Shown here in pieces: positions 9,517-18,808 of a stretch of DNA of 64,000 nucleotides. The stretch covers positions 174,772 through 238,771 of the forward strand of contig CAVZRE010000010.1 in NCBI GenBank assembly GCA_963777595.1, written 5' to 3'. How positions within the stretch are numbered: the first letter of the stretch is position 1; each line of letters opens with the position of its first letter. This DNA is from Terriglobia bacterium. GTDB lineage: Bacteria > Acidobacteriota > Terriglobia > Bryobacterales > Bryobacteraceae. The notes under the pieces were generated by a model that did no database searches, had not been told where the DNA came from, and saw only the letters and a program-made list of their open reading frames with translations. Position numbers and translations under genes: made by a program.

Positions 9517-10329
9517 TTAGATAGGGAGACGCCGGAGCCCGCCGCCATTGCCGGATCTCTGGCCGGGGACGGGGCCACTGCCGTCGGAAAAGTTCGCGGG
9601 CGTGGGGCTGTTAGGCGAAACCAACTCCTCGGAATTAAAGCTGATCGGCCGGTCAAGGACCATTTCAATGGTGCTTCCGCGGGGAAGAGTAGCTTCGGGT
9701 CCGCGAGTCAGCAACGCCATCATGAGTCCAGCGGCGACTCCCGCACCCGCGCCGATGGCTGCCCCTTCGCCCATATGGCCTGCTTCACCACCCAGGCCGG
9801 CCCCGATCAGCCCACCACTCGCTCCGGTAATCGCGACCGTTTTCGCATCGGTCGTTTTACCGCTTTCGGACACGATCTTGCCTTCCGTCTTTTCCAACTT
9901 CTCGTCGCCGCGGCCGTCGACCGCGCCCACCCGTGCCCGGAAATCACGCGTCACGCCATTGGGCAGAGTCAAGGAGTCGAACCGGACGAACAGCATGCCC
10001 CGGCCCTTCACACGCCCCGGGCGCTTGACTTCGGTAACGGTGCCCTCGACATAGCTGCCGGGTGGAATGACAATCTTCCCGCCGGCCAGGATGGGAAAAA
10101 CGGTCTGAAGATAGACACGGTCGCCGGCCGTGGAACTCTTGGTGTTCACGCTGTTGATCATGCTGAGCGGAATGTGGGTGCCAGGCTGCACAACAAACGC
10201 CGGTTTGTCGGCCGGTGGAGCGGCTGCTGTCTCTTGCGCCAAGGCAGCTCCGGACGCGACAGAGGCCGCCAGAACGAGAGTTGGAAAAAAGGAACGGTCC
10301 CGCATATCTTGATTATCCTGGATTTCCAC
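9517..10329 (-). CDS. Hypothetical secreted protein with a glycine-zipper segment
   Basis: 270-aa ORF with a signal-like FFPTLVLAASVASGAALAQ and a Gly-rich run (ITGASGGLIGAGLGGEAGHMGEGAAIGAGAGVAAGLM). I do not recognise the family with confidence. The start could be the internal Met at 10305. Confidence 0.55.
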   Translation of the reverse strand: MEIQDNQDMRDRSFFPTLVLAASVASGAALAQETAAAPPADKPAFVVQPGTHIPLSMINSVNTKSSTAGDRVYLQTVFPILAGGKIVIPPGSYVEGTVTEVKRPGRVKGRGMLFVRFDSLTLPNGVTRDFRARVGAVDGRGDEKLEKTEGKIVSESGKTTDAKTVAITGASGGLIGAGLGGEAGHMGEGAAIGAGAGVAAGLMMALLTRGPEATLPRGSTIEMVLDRPISFNSEELVSPNSPTPANFSDGSGPVPGQRSGNGGGLRRLPI

Positions 10330-10498
10330 TCACCTGACGCAGCAAATTGTGGGCCGGTTTCGAAATGTAGGCGATAGCAGGGTTTTTCCTACCCTCGGAG
10401 TGGCGGATCGGGCACAGGTGTGGGCGGCAGGGGCCGTTTACGGAAGTGTCGCGCCACACCCGGTGAATCTGGCACAATGGAATGAATTGAAGACCCAC

Positions 10499-10575
10499 GG
10501 GCGCGTAGCTCAGGTGGATAGAGCATCGGCCTTCTAAGCCGAGGGTCGCAGGTTCGAGTCCTGCCGCGCCTACCA
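10499..10575 (+). tRNA. tRNA-Arg (anticodon TCT/UCU), CCA encoded
   Basis: Folded by hand. Acceptor GGGCGCG/CGCGCCT (G1-U72 wobble), D arm GCTC-AGGTGGATA-GAGC, anticodon arm TCGGC-CTTCTAA-GCCGA, variable loop GGGTC, T arm GCAGG-TTCGAGT-CCTGC, then discriminator A and CCA. Total 77 nt. Confidence 0.9.
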
Positions 10576-10660
10576 AAACAATCAATTTAGCCGGAGGGAA
10601 CCAGCCGGTGCTATCCAACTCTGACGGGACTGTCGGATCAGGGGACTCGAAAACGTATTA

Positions 10661-10736
10661 GCCGCCGACAAACGCCGTAAACGCCGATCAGAAAGCCGTT
10701 GAGTTCGATTCGCGTTCATCGGCGTTTATCGGCGGC
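10661..10736. repeat. Imperfect palindromic (REP-like) element built from AAACGCCG units
   Basis: Left arm GCCGCCGACAAACGCCG (10661..10677) pairs 16/17 with right arm CGGCGTTTATCGGCGGC (10720..10736). AAACGCCG occurs directly repeated at 10670 and 10679 and inverted at 10720. The element lies about 85 nt 3' of the tRNA. Confidence 0.7.
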
Positions 10737-10807
10737 CATATTCTCTTTTGTATTAACGTCGGCCCCATAGTCCAAGGTGATAAGATTACGGCCGGGCTGG
10801 AGATGAA

Positions 10808-11578
10808 ATGGTCAAAATCAGTCTGTTCGCCATTTTGTTGATGGCAGTACCCTGCCGCGCAACTGTGGTCGTGACATATAGCTTGCCCGCTGTAGGGTCC
10901 TGCAATGATAGCGGCGTATGCATACCCGTCACACAAACTGCCCCATTGACGTTTACCGATAGCGTAGGCGACGTCCTTGCCCTCGCCTACAGCTATTCTG
11001 GCTCGACAGTGGTTTCCGGGCCGTCGTCTCAGAATGACACGATTGGCGCTGCCATTGTCTTTCAGCTTATCGCTTCGGCAACGGAAACGCCTCAAAACGA
11101 GAGTAGCGGCTATTGTTCCGGATTCTGCTTCATCGCCAATTTCAACGTAACAGCAATCCTCGGCGGATGGGTTACGATCTACGGAGCAACTGGGCAGGGA
11201 ACGGCTGTCTGGAGTGACGTTGCTCCGGGGTCGGGTTCCTCTTATTGCCGAGTATACGGTCAGGAATGTAACCTAGAGTTCCCCAACATCAGCCCATTCA
11301 CGTTTGGCGTGCCATTTTTTGTACAGTTCTCCATACTTGAAGACGTCCTTCCAGGGTCCGCTGATCTAATCACCGGCTCTGGAGACATCGGGGATGAAAC
11401 CATCAATACAATCGTCGGTATGACCCCCTCCGTAGTGGACAGCAACTATAATCCGGTTAATGCGAGCTTCACCTTTGTGGCATCGCCCGAACCATCCACT
11501 TGGGGAATCGTCGCAGCGGGGCTCTTTGGGCTGGCGTTCTTTCACAATAAACGCAAGTCGCGAACTCGAATGACCTAA
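10808..11578 (+). CDS. PEP-CTERM sorting-domain secreted protein
   Basis: 256 aa with a signal peptide (MVKISLFAILLMAVPCRA). The C-terminus is SPEPSTWGIVAAGLFGLAFFHNKRKSR, i.e. PEP motif, TM helix, then a basic tail. GC is about 47-48% in sampled lines. Confidence 0.8.
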   Translation: MVKISLFAILLMAVPCRATVVVTYSLPAVGSCNDSGVCIPVTQTAPLTFTDSVGDVLALAYSYSGSTVVSGPSSQNDTIGAAIVFQLIASATETPQNESSGYCSGFCFIANFNVTAILGGWVTIYGATGQGTAVWSDVAPGSGSSYCRVYGQECNLEFPNISPFTFGVPFFVQFSILEDVLPGSADLITGSGDIGDETINTIVGMTPSVVDSNYNPVNASFTFVASPEPSTWGIVAAGLFGLAFFHNKRKSRTRMT

Positions 11579-11705
11579 CCGCTCAGGACCGACTCCACCA
11601 AAGAAGCACTGAGTGTTATCAACCGACCCGTTATATGACAACTCTGCTTCCATAACCGCCCGCTTGTTGTCCGTGGGCGAATACTCGACAGCGTCCGCGT
11701 CGCCA

Positions 11706-12497
11706 CTAAGACGTTCGGCCCAACTGCGACACCGGCCGGTTTTCATTCAACTCGGCACTTTTACGACGCAGTAAAAACCGTGCGCTGAGCAGCAGCAAAA
11801 GCGGGAGCCCGCCTAGAATCCAAGTCGATGGCTCAGGCAAGAGTATCGCTACGGGGGTCACTCCATCTGCTTCATAGAACGCCACATTGTAAGAAAGGTA
11901 TGGTGTCGGCGAGTTATCTCCGAACAGATAGATGCCACTGTTCCCTTCGAGGTCCATGTAGAGAGTTGTTTTGATAGATGCGGCCACACCAAGTTCGAAT
12001 GGAATCACGTTCAATCCACCGGTAAGGCCAGTTAGACTTAGACCATCGTCACTTTCAACGACATCATTACCCGTGGAACCATCGAAGATAGTGTTGTTAT
12101 TTTCTTCAGAGAACTCTACTAAACCGTACCGTACCGGGCCTGCGGTTTGAAACGAAATCGTCTGTGAAGCTTGCAGCTCAACGTATGCTTCACACTCATC
12201 GAACGTGGAAGGCGGGGAAGTCGGGCAAGAGTAATCGGCCTGCGAATACGACGTCCCGATCATGCTCCCCGAGATGGCATTACTGCCTACGATCTGAACG
12301 CTGGCGAAGAATGACGCGGACGCTTGTCCGAATCCTGGATTAGATGCGGAACACCCGCCACTGTCCGTCGAGCCGGATGCCGACATGGAAATTAAGTTCC
12401 CCGTAGTACCGGCACCCGCCGAGCAGGTATAGGTTGTCACGACATCCGCAAAAAGAGAAGTTGCGAGGCAAAAAACTGCGATGAGGATCTTGAGCAT
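11706..12497 (-). CDS. PEP-CTERM sorting-domain secreted protein (paralogue-like, convergent with the previous gene)
   Basis: ATG 12497 gives MLKILIAVFCLATSLFA; the track start at 12515 is a GTG. The C-terminal region carries LPEPSTWILGGLPLLLLLSARFLLRRK. The mature end VVTTYT resembles VVVTYS in the neighbouring gene. Confidence 0.8.
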   Translation of the reverse strand: MLKILIAVFCLATSLFADVVTTYTCSAGAGTTGNLISMSASGSTDSGGCSASNPGFGQASASFFASVQIVGSNAISGSMIGTSYSQADYSCPTSPPSTFDECEAYVELQASQTISFQTAGPVRYGLVEFSEENNNTIFDGSTGNDVVESDDGLSLTGLTGGLNVIPFELGVAASIKTTLYMDLEGNSGIYLFGDNSPTPYLSYNVAFYEADGVTPVAILLPEPSTWILGGLPLLLLLSARFLLRRKSAELNENRPVSQLGRTS

Positions 12498-12922
12498 CTC
12501 TTGCGGCACCTCCACATGCCGCGCAGCCTACGGTTGGCACAAATTGGAAGACGGTTCCTGCCGAGATTGACAGGAAGGGTTCAAGGCGTCGCGATAGGTT
12601 TGAACTATTCTATGCAGTGTTTTTGGCCGGACGCAGCAAGAATACAGATTCTTTTCCTAATCGTTAAAAACGGGTACTATTAGCGAACGCTAACTTACGC
12701 AAAACGCACACCTGAAGTTTGGACCCACTGCGGATACCGCTAGCGCGCCGGGCTAAATGCCTTTCCGCGCCAACCTCCCGCGCCCAAATTTCCCTCACAG
12801 TATCAATCCATCCCCGGCGGATTGCGGATACTTGCACCTTCGTACGAATACCAGTTGCGCGTTCCCGATATAGGCCTTCACTTGTCCAACCGCTATGTTA
12901 GACTTTTGTCAGAAAGGGAAGC

Positions 12923-13930
12923 ATGGCCGTGCGATCCCGCCACTTATTTCTACTCGCCGTCATTGGCATTGCGTTTAGCGGATGTCTCTGGGCGCCCGAC
13001 GAAAAGTCTCCGGCGTCCGACCAGAACCCTGTCAATATAGAGCCGCGCGTAAAACCGGCGGAGAAGGCCGAAGCTCCCCTCCCCAAAGCCAATATCCGCG
13101 TCGATACCACCGTCGTCCTGATCCCTGTCACCGTAACCGACCCGCTCAACCGGTTCGTAACCGGCCTCGAGAAAGAAAATTTCAAGATCTTCGAGGATAA
13201 GGTAGAGCAGAAGATTCAGCAGTTCTCGAGCGAGGATGCGCCGCTCAGCGTCGGTCTCGTTTTCGACACCAGCGGAAGCATGGGCAGCAAACTGGAGAAA
13301 TCTCGCCAGGCCGTGGCGGAGTTTCTAAAGACCATGAATCCGGAGGACGAGTCCTTCCTGGTGGAATTCAATGACCGGGCGGAACTGGCACTGGGGTTCA
13401 CGCGAAGTCCGGAAGAGATCCAGAATAAGCTGACCTTTACCCAATCTAAAGGGCGTACCGCCTTGCTCGACGCCGTCTATATGGCGCTCCACACCATGAA
13501 AAAGGCGCATAACTCGCGTAAAGCGCTGCTCATTATCTCCGATGGCGGCGATAACAGCAGTCGCTATACCGAGACAGAAATCAAAAACCTGGTTCGCGAA
13601 GCAGACGTCCAGATCTATGCGATCGGAATCTTCGAACCGGTTTCGCAGCGCGGACGTACGGCGGAAGAGATGGGTGGCCCCGGCCTCTTGCAGGAAATTT
13701 CGGAACAGACAGGTGGACGCGCCTTCGGTGTGGAAAATTTGGCTGAGTTGCCGGATATTGCAGCTAAAATCGGGCTGGAACTCCGCAATCAATATATCCT
13801 GGGCTACTCGCCCTCGAATCGGGAGCGCGACGGGAAATATCGTAAGGTGATCGTGAAGCTGGTTCAGCCCAAGAGCCTGCCGCCGCTCAAACCGTTCTGG
13901 CGGCTCGGTTATTACGCGCCGACACACTGA
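12923..13930 (+). CDS. VWA-domain protein (acidobacterial VWFA-related, TIGR03436-like)
   Basis: 335 aa with a signal/lipobox-like AFSGC and a MIDAS-type DTSGSM motif. The C-terminal half (NQYILGYSPSN...DGKYRKVIVKL) is typical of the VWFA-related acidobacterial family. Confidence 0.85.
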   Translation: MAVRSRHLFLLAVIGIAFSGCLWAPDEKSPASDQNPVNIEPRVKPAEKAEAPLPKANIRVDTTVVLIPVTVTDPLNRFVTGLEKENFKIFEDKVEQKIQQFSSEDAPLSVGLVFDTSGSMGSKLEKSRQAVAEFLKTMNPEDESFLVEFNDRAELALGFTRSPEEIQNKLTFTQSKGRTALLDAVYMALHTMKKAHNSRKALLIISDGGDNSSRYTETEIKNLVREADVQIYAIGIFEPVSQRGRTAEEMGGPGLLQEISEQTGGRAFGVENLAELPDIAAKIGLELRNQYILGYSPSNRERDGKYRKVIVKLVQPKSLPPLKPFWRLGYYAPTH

Positions 13931-13987
13931 AGGGTCTGGGCTACCATGGGACGAAGGCACGGGTCGTTGCCTGTGTTACGAGAAAGC

Positions 13988-14938
13988 ATGAAATTCTTCG
14001 ATATCAATTTTTGCGCCGGGTTTTGCGCAGTGGCGCTCTGGGTCGCTATATTTCCAGGACCGGTGATAGCGCAGGCCGCGAAGTCGGCTGACGAAGACGT
14101 CATTTTCAGCACTGAGACACGCCTGGTGCCGCTCAGCGTTACCGTCCAGGACAAGAGCGGGCATTTGCTGACGAATTTGCCCCAGTCTGCTTTCCAGGTT
14201 TATGAAAATAATGTCCTGCAACCCTTGAAGATGTTTAAGCGCGAGGACGTGGAGATCTCGCTCGGCTTGATCATCGATAACAGCGGCAGCATGCGGGAGA
14301 AGCGTAAGCAGGTGGCGATCGCCGCACTCGATCTAGTGAAAGAATCTAACCCGCACGATGAAGTCTTCATCGTCAATTTCAACGATGAGGCGTTCCTCGA
14401 TGCGGATTTCACCAGCGATGCCTCTAAAATGGAACAGGCGCTGACCAAGATCGATTCCAGGGGCGGGACCGCCATGCGTGATGCCATCCGGATGTCGATC
14501 GATCACCTCAAGGCCGGCGCGAAACGCGACAAAAAGGTGTTACTGGTGGTAACGGACGGCAATGACAATGCCAGTATCATCAATCTCGAAAACCTGGTGA
14601 AGGAAGCGCAGAATAGCGGCGTTCTGATTTACGCCATCGGTCTCCTGACCGAAGAAGAACGCAGCGAAGCGAAGAAGGCCAAACGTTCGCTCGACGCCCT
14701 GACCGAGGCTACAGGCGGCGAGGCCTTCTACCCGAAAGATCTGGAAGACGTCGATCGCATCGCCCACCAGGTCGCTCATGACCTGCGGAATCAGTATTCG
14801 CTCGCCTATAGTCCCACCAACCAGAAACTGGACGGCTCCTACCGCCAGATTAAAGTGGTGGTGAACGGTCCGGGTCATCCCATAGCCCGCACCCGTAGCG
14901 GCTACTACGCGAATGCGAATTCCACGGCCAAACGGTAA
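13988..14938 (+). CDS. VWA-domain protein (second TIGR03436-like paralogue)
   Basis: Start set at ATG 13988 (MKFFDINFCAGF...). Carries a DNSGSM MIDAS motif and NQYSLAYSPTNQKLDGSYRQIKVVV. It is collinear with the upstream paralogue. Confidence 0.85.
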   Translation: MKFFDINFCAGFCAVALWVAIFPGPVIAQAAKSADEDVIFSTETRLVPLSVTVQDKSGHLLTNLPQSAFQVYENNVLQPLKMFKREDVEISLGLIIDNSGSMREKRKQVAIAALDLVKESNPHDEVFIVNFNDEAFLDADFTSDASKMEQALTKIDSRGGTAMRDAIRMSIDHLKAGAKRDKKVLLVVTDGNDNASIINLENLVKEAQNSGVLIYAIGLLTEEERSEAKKAKRSLDALTEATGGEAFYPKDLEDVDRIAHQVAHDLRNQYSLAYSPTNQKLDGSYRQIKVVVNGPGHPIARTRSGYYANANSTAKR

Positions 14939-14958
14939 CTCCGCCCTGCAGTTCTTGC

Positions 14959-15261
14959 TTATTCCTGTAAAGCGGGGAGAAAACGGTTGATTGATTCCTG
15001 ATGCGCCGGACGGCTCCGCGCGACACCGCTCGTAGCTTCATAGAGCGCTACTAACTCGAATTCGTCCACATCTACCGCGCGCGCATACTGCCGGATGTAG
15101 CTGGTATTGTAAATACCGCCAGGCAGCTTTCGAAAATCGCCTTCTTCGATTGCCCGCAGTGACCGGATACTGATTTTAGTGGCGCTCGCGATCTGGTCGA
15201 GAGAAATTCCTCTCTCCCGGCGCTTCGCGGCCGCTATGAGAAACAGACTGAAATTACGCAT
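14959..15261 (-). CDS. Small helix-turn-helix protein (RodZ/Xre-like N-terminal HTH)
   Basis: Start at ATG 15261 (MRNFSLFLIAAAKRRERGISLDQIASATKISIRSLRAIEEGDF), matching the RodZ-type HTH. About 100 aa with no TM segment. Confidence 0.6.
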   Translation of the reverse strand: MRNFSLFLIAAAKRRERGISLDQIASATKISIRSLRAIEEGDFRKLPGGIYNTSYIRQYARAVDVDEFELVALYEATSGVARSRPAHQESINRFLPALQE

Positions 15262-15396
15262 CCGATTTCTTGTTTCGCGACACAGACTTGGTATCGAACC
15301 TGCCAGTTTACCATCCCCTGCCACTTGAAATATAGCGGTTGGGGTAAACTTTTTTGTGGTGCCCTCTCCACAAAACATCTACGCCCGGAGAACCGT

Positions 15397-16308
15397 TTGA
15401 CTCGACTCTCAGTCGAGTTGTGCGGCATCTCCCTTCAGAACCCGGTCATCGCCGCTTCCGGAACTTTCGGCTACGGCATCGAATTCGAAAAGCACGTTGA
15501 TCTGAATCGCCTTGGCGGCATCGTCGTGAAGGGTTTGTCCCGCGACCCCATCGAGGGGAACGCTCCGCCCCGGCTTTGGGAGGCGCAGGCGGGGATGATC
15601 AACTCCATCGGCCTCCAGAATATCGGCGTACGGGCCTTTGTCGCCACCAGGCTCCCTTTGCTCCGCCGGTATCGCACCGCCATCTTCGCGAACGTCTTCG
15701 GCTACGCGGTCGAGGATTATGTCGAAGTCGTCAGAGTCCTCAATGACCACGCAGGCCTCGCGGGATACGAGCTCAATGTCTCCTGTCCCAATACCCGGCA
15801 CGGCGGCATCTTCTTTTCGAGTGATCCCGGTTGCCTGGCCGGACTCGTTGCAGCGGTGCGAGCCGTGGCCAAGCGTCCATTGATCGTTAAACTTTCGCCT
15901 AACGTCGCTGCGATCGAGCCGTTGGCGCAAGCCGCGGAGTCCGCCGGCGCGGACGCCATCTCTCTGGTCAATACCTTCGTCTCCCTCGCCATCGATGCCC
16001 GCACCAGGACGCCAAGAATCGGCGCGGGGTTCGGGGGCCTCTCGGGTCCCGCCATCAAACCGATCGCTCTGCGGTTGGTGTACCAGGCAGCCAAATCAGT
16101 CAAGATCCCGGTGATCGGTTTGGGCGGCATCGCTTCCGGAGAAGACGCCGCGGAATTCCTGATCGCGGGCGCGACCGCAGTGGAGGTCGGTACGGCAACG
16201 TTCTGGGATCCGGCAGCTCCTTTAAAGATTGCGGAAGAATTGCGGCAGTTTTTGCATCAGAACGGAGTGGAGGATGTATGCCGTCTAGTCGGAACGCTAA
16301 AGTTTTGA
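15397..16308 (+). CDS. pyrD: Dihydroorotate dehydrogenase, class 1B-type catalytic subunit
   Basis: Carries LQNPVIAASGTFGYG, NSIGLQN, NVSCPN and GGISSGEDA-like (GGIASGEDAAEF) motifs. The start is uncertain (TTG at 15397 or TTG at 15325). No pyrK-like partner is adjacent. Confidence 0.85.
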   Translation: MTRLSVELCGISLQNPVIAASGTFGYGIEFEKHVDLNRLGGIVVKGLSRDPIEGNAPPRLWEAQAGMINSIGLQNIGVRAFVATRLPLLRRYRTAIFANVFGYAVEDYVEVVRVLNDHAGLAGYELNVSCPNTRHGGIFFSSDPGCLAGLVAAVRAVAKRPLIVKLSPNVAAIEPLAQAAESAGADAISLVNTFVSLAIDARTRTPRIGAGFGGLSGPAIKPIALRLVYQAAKSVKIPVIGLGGIASGEDAAEFLIAGATAVEVGTATFWDPAAPLKIAEELRQFLHQNGVEDVCRLVGTLKF

Positions 16309-17045
16309 TCCCGTTTGTCATCGGTACGGCACTGCAGGCCGCCCAATCCGGTCCGGTGCTCGTCGAGCTCTTTACGTCCGAGGGATGCTCCAGCTGTCCT
16401 CCCGCGGACGTGCTGCTCGAAAAACTCGAGCGCAGCCAGCTCGTTCCCGGCGTGACCGTCATCGCCATGAGCGAACATGTCGATTATTGGAATCACCTCG
16501 GCTGGAGCGATCCCTATTCCTCTGCCCAGGTGACGGCACGCCAGCAAAGTTATGTCACCAGATTTCACGCCGACGCGCCCTATACCCCGCAAATGGTGGT
16601 CGACGGGGAATTACAATTCTCTGGCAGCGACTCTTCTCTGGCCACGCGCGCCATCGCCATGTCAGCCGGACGTCCCAAACTCGCGATTACGGCCGAACTT
16701 GCCCCGCCGGGGAAGCTCCGCATCAATGCTCCGGCGAGCGCCGAACCTGCCGAGATCTATCTGGCACTGGTCTATGATCCTGAGCCTTCCCAGGTTTCCA
16801 AAGGCGAGAACTCTGGAAAACGCCTGGTACACATCTCGGTGGTGAAGTCGCTGAAGAAAGTGGGCGACCTCTCGCGCAACAAAGCGTTCGACGCCCAATC
16901 CCGCCTACCGGATGCCGCCACGCTGCCCAATCCCCGGGTCGTTGTTTTTGTCCAGGAGCGCGCTCAGGGACGCGTGCTCGGCTCCGCGGAAGTGAGCTTG
17001 CGCCAGAGCGCCGGCATGGTGGCCCGATGGTCGCCGCAGAAGTAG
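16278..17045 (+). CDS. DUF1223-family protein (thioredoxin-like, exported)
   Basis: LVELFTSEGCSSCPPAD and HVDYWNHLGWSDPY are the hallmark DUF1223 motifs. It overlaps the pyrD end by 31 nt and the convergent downstream gene by 82 nt. Confidence 0.75.
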   Translation: MPSSRNAKVLIPFVIGTALQAAQSGPVLVELFTSEGCSSCPPADVLLEKLERSQLVPGVTVIAMSEHVDYWNHLGWSDPYSSAQVTARQQSYVTRFHADAPYTPQMVVDGELQFSGSDSSLATRAIAMSAGRPKLAITAELAPPGKLRINAPASAEPAEIYLALVYDPEPSQVSKGENSGKRLVHISVVKSLKKVGDLSRNKAFDAQSRLPDAATLPNPRVVVFVQERAQGRVLGSAEVSLRQSAGMVARWSPQK

Positions 17046-17947
17046 AAGCTCTCCCCGCCATCTGCCACGGTCCTCACCAGAATGGTCTTCTGCGGCCGGA
17101 AATAATACCCCGGATCTGTCTTCGGCAGCTCTTTATGAATATCGCCTTTGATCGGGACCAGGTCGAATACCGCGGTCGAGAATTTGCGGATCTGGCGTCC
17201 CTCCTGTTGAGCGACATTGCGCGACATCGCCAGCGCCTTAAGATAAACCTCAGGAGCCATAATCGCGGAGCCGAACGAGAGCAGCACTCCGCCTTCCAGC
17301 TGCTCGACGGTCGAGGCGAAGATCAGGAAGTCGCGATAACTGGCCGCGCCGACGGCTGCACCGTCGCAATTGGGATGTTCGTGCAAAATGTCGTAGCCAA
17401 TACCGGCATGGATGGTTGCAGGCACGTTCAGCCGCCAGGCCGCGGCCAGGACGCTTAGATCGCGGTAGGGATAATCGCTCTCTTCTATATGACGGCCGAC
17501 CCACTCGCCCAGCCCGCATTCATTGGCGGCGGCTTCACGAATCAGGTCGTTGAGTTCACCCGTCTCGCGCCACAATCCGAACTCGCCGGTCTGAATGTAG
17601 CGAGCCACGCTTTCCGTAGTGGCCCCGATGCGGGCGATCTCATAATCGTGGATCGCGCCGGCTCCATTCATCGCCACATGGGTGAGCAGCCCGCGCGACA
17701 TCAGGTCGATGATGTGCCGGTTGACGCCGGCCCGGAGAACATGCGCGCCCATCATGAGGATACGGGCTGCGCCGCTGGCCCGAGCGGCCAGAAGACGCTC
17801 GCTTAGCAACGCAAGGTCCGGAGATTCGAACGGCGGCGTGGCATCGTTGAGTGCCAGCCATCGCGCCAGCGGAAGATCGTTGACACGCTCGGCCAGCGGC
17901 TTGACAATCAGACGGGACCGGTCGAACTGCGAATACTTACTCGGCAA
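16964..17947 (-). CDS. Deoxyhypusine synthase-like family protein (tentative)
   Basis: 327 aa. The segment ILMMGAHVLRAGVNRHIIDLMSRGLLTHVAMNGAGAIHDYEIA resembles bacterial DS-family proteins as I recall them. There is no independent support. Confidence 0.45.
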   Translation of the reverse strand: MPSKYSQFDRSRLIVKPLAERVNDLPLARWLALNDATPPFESPDLALLSERLLAARASGAARILMMGAHVLRAGVNRHIIDLMSRGLLTHVAMNGAGAIHDYEIARIGATTESVARYIQTGEFGLWRETGELNDLIREAAANECGLGEWVGRHIEESDYPYRDLSVLAAAWRLNVPATIHAGIGYDILHEHPNCDGAAVGAASYRDFLIFASTVEQLEGGVLLSFGSAIMAPEVYLKALAMSRNVAQQEGRQIRKFSTAVFDLVPIKGDIHKELPKTDPGYYFRPQKTILVRTVADGGESFYFCGDHRATMPALWRKLTSAEPSTRP

Positions 17948-18761
17948 AAATGTGCTCCTTTAGCTCGTTCCAACAGAGGAAGTTCGGAATAATGTAGTCC
18001 GCTCCGGATTCTATCAGGCGCTCGCGTTTCCACGCGTCGACACGAACGCACTCGGGCTCCAGCGTCGCGAGCCCGACCGCTACGCCTCCCACGCTCTTCA
18101 CTGCCTCCATCTCTGCATTCCCATCGCCGAAGCTCAGGATCTCATCGCCGGTGACATCGCCTGTCGCGACCACCTGCTGTGCCAGCCCGCGCTTGGAGAA
18201 GGTGGAATCGTCGCCAGGGGATCCATAGACGCCGCCGTCGAAATAGCGGTCGATGTCAAACAGCCGGGCTTCCGCCTGCACGATCTCGTCGTCGGTCCCG
18301 CTGACCAGGTAGAGCTTCACACCCCGGTTGCGTAGATCCTCGAGCACAGCGCGCGTGCCGGGAACCATGTGGATGTCGGGCGAAAGTTCGCCTCCGCGCA
18401 GATCCTTCACTCGATGCTCCGTCTCTGCATCCAGAGCCTCCAGGAAAATCTGTTTGTAATGCGCGGGCTCGAGTGGAGTTCCCCCGCGCTTACGGACATT
18501 CTCGGCCAAAGCCGCCATCTGCAGAACAGTCGGTTGGCCGGTGAGGCGGAAGATGTATTCCTCAATAATGGGCTGAAGCTCCGCGTCGGTTTCCTTCGTA
18601 CCCGTGGTGTGCAAAGCCTCCAGCGCTTGACGGATCATCAACTGCATCCACCCGGCGCGGACCAGCCCCACGGTACCGTCAAGATCGAAAAATGCGAGGC
18701 GCGGACGCACGCGGCGCGGAGGTATTGTAACGACTTCGACAGAAGCCTTTTCGTTAGTCAT
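17937..18761 (-). CDS. HAD-superfamily hydrolase
   Basis: Motif I FFDLDGTV, motif III/IV region SFGDGNAEMEA. 274 aa. Its 3' end overlaps the next gene by 11 nt. Confidence 0.75.
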   Translation of the reverse strand: MTNEKASVEVVTIPPRRVRPRLAFFDLDGTVGLVRAGWMQLMIRQALEALHTTGTKETDAELQPIIEEYIFRLTGQPTVLQMAALAENVRKRGGTPLEPAHYKQIFLEALDAETEHRVKDLRGGELSPDIHMVPGTRAVLEDLRNRGVKLYLVSGTDDEIVQAEARLFDIDRYFDGGVYGSPGDDSTFSKRGLAQQVVATGDVTGDEILSFGDGNAEMEAVKSVGGVAVGLATLEPECVRVDAWKRERLIESGADYIIPNFLCWNELKEHIFAE

Positions 18762-18808
18762 GAATCTTCGATGTGGATGGAGAGCGAAGCCAGGGTCGCC
18801 CTTACCGG

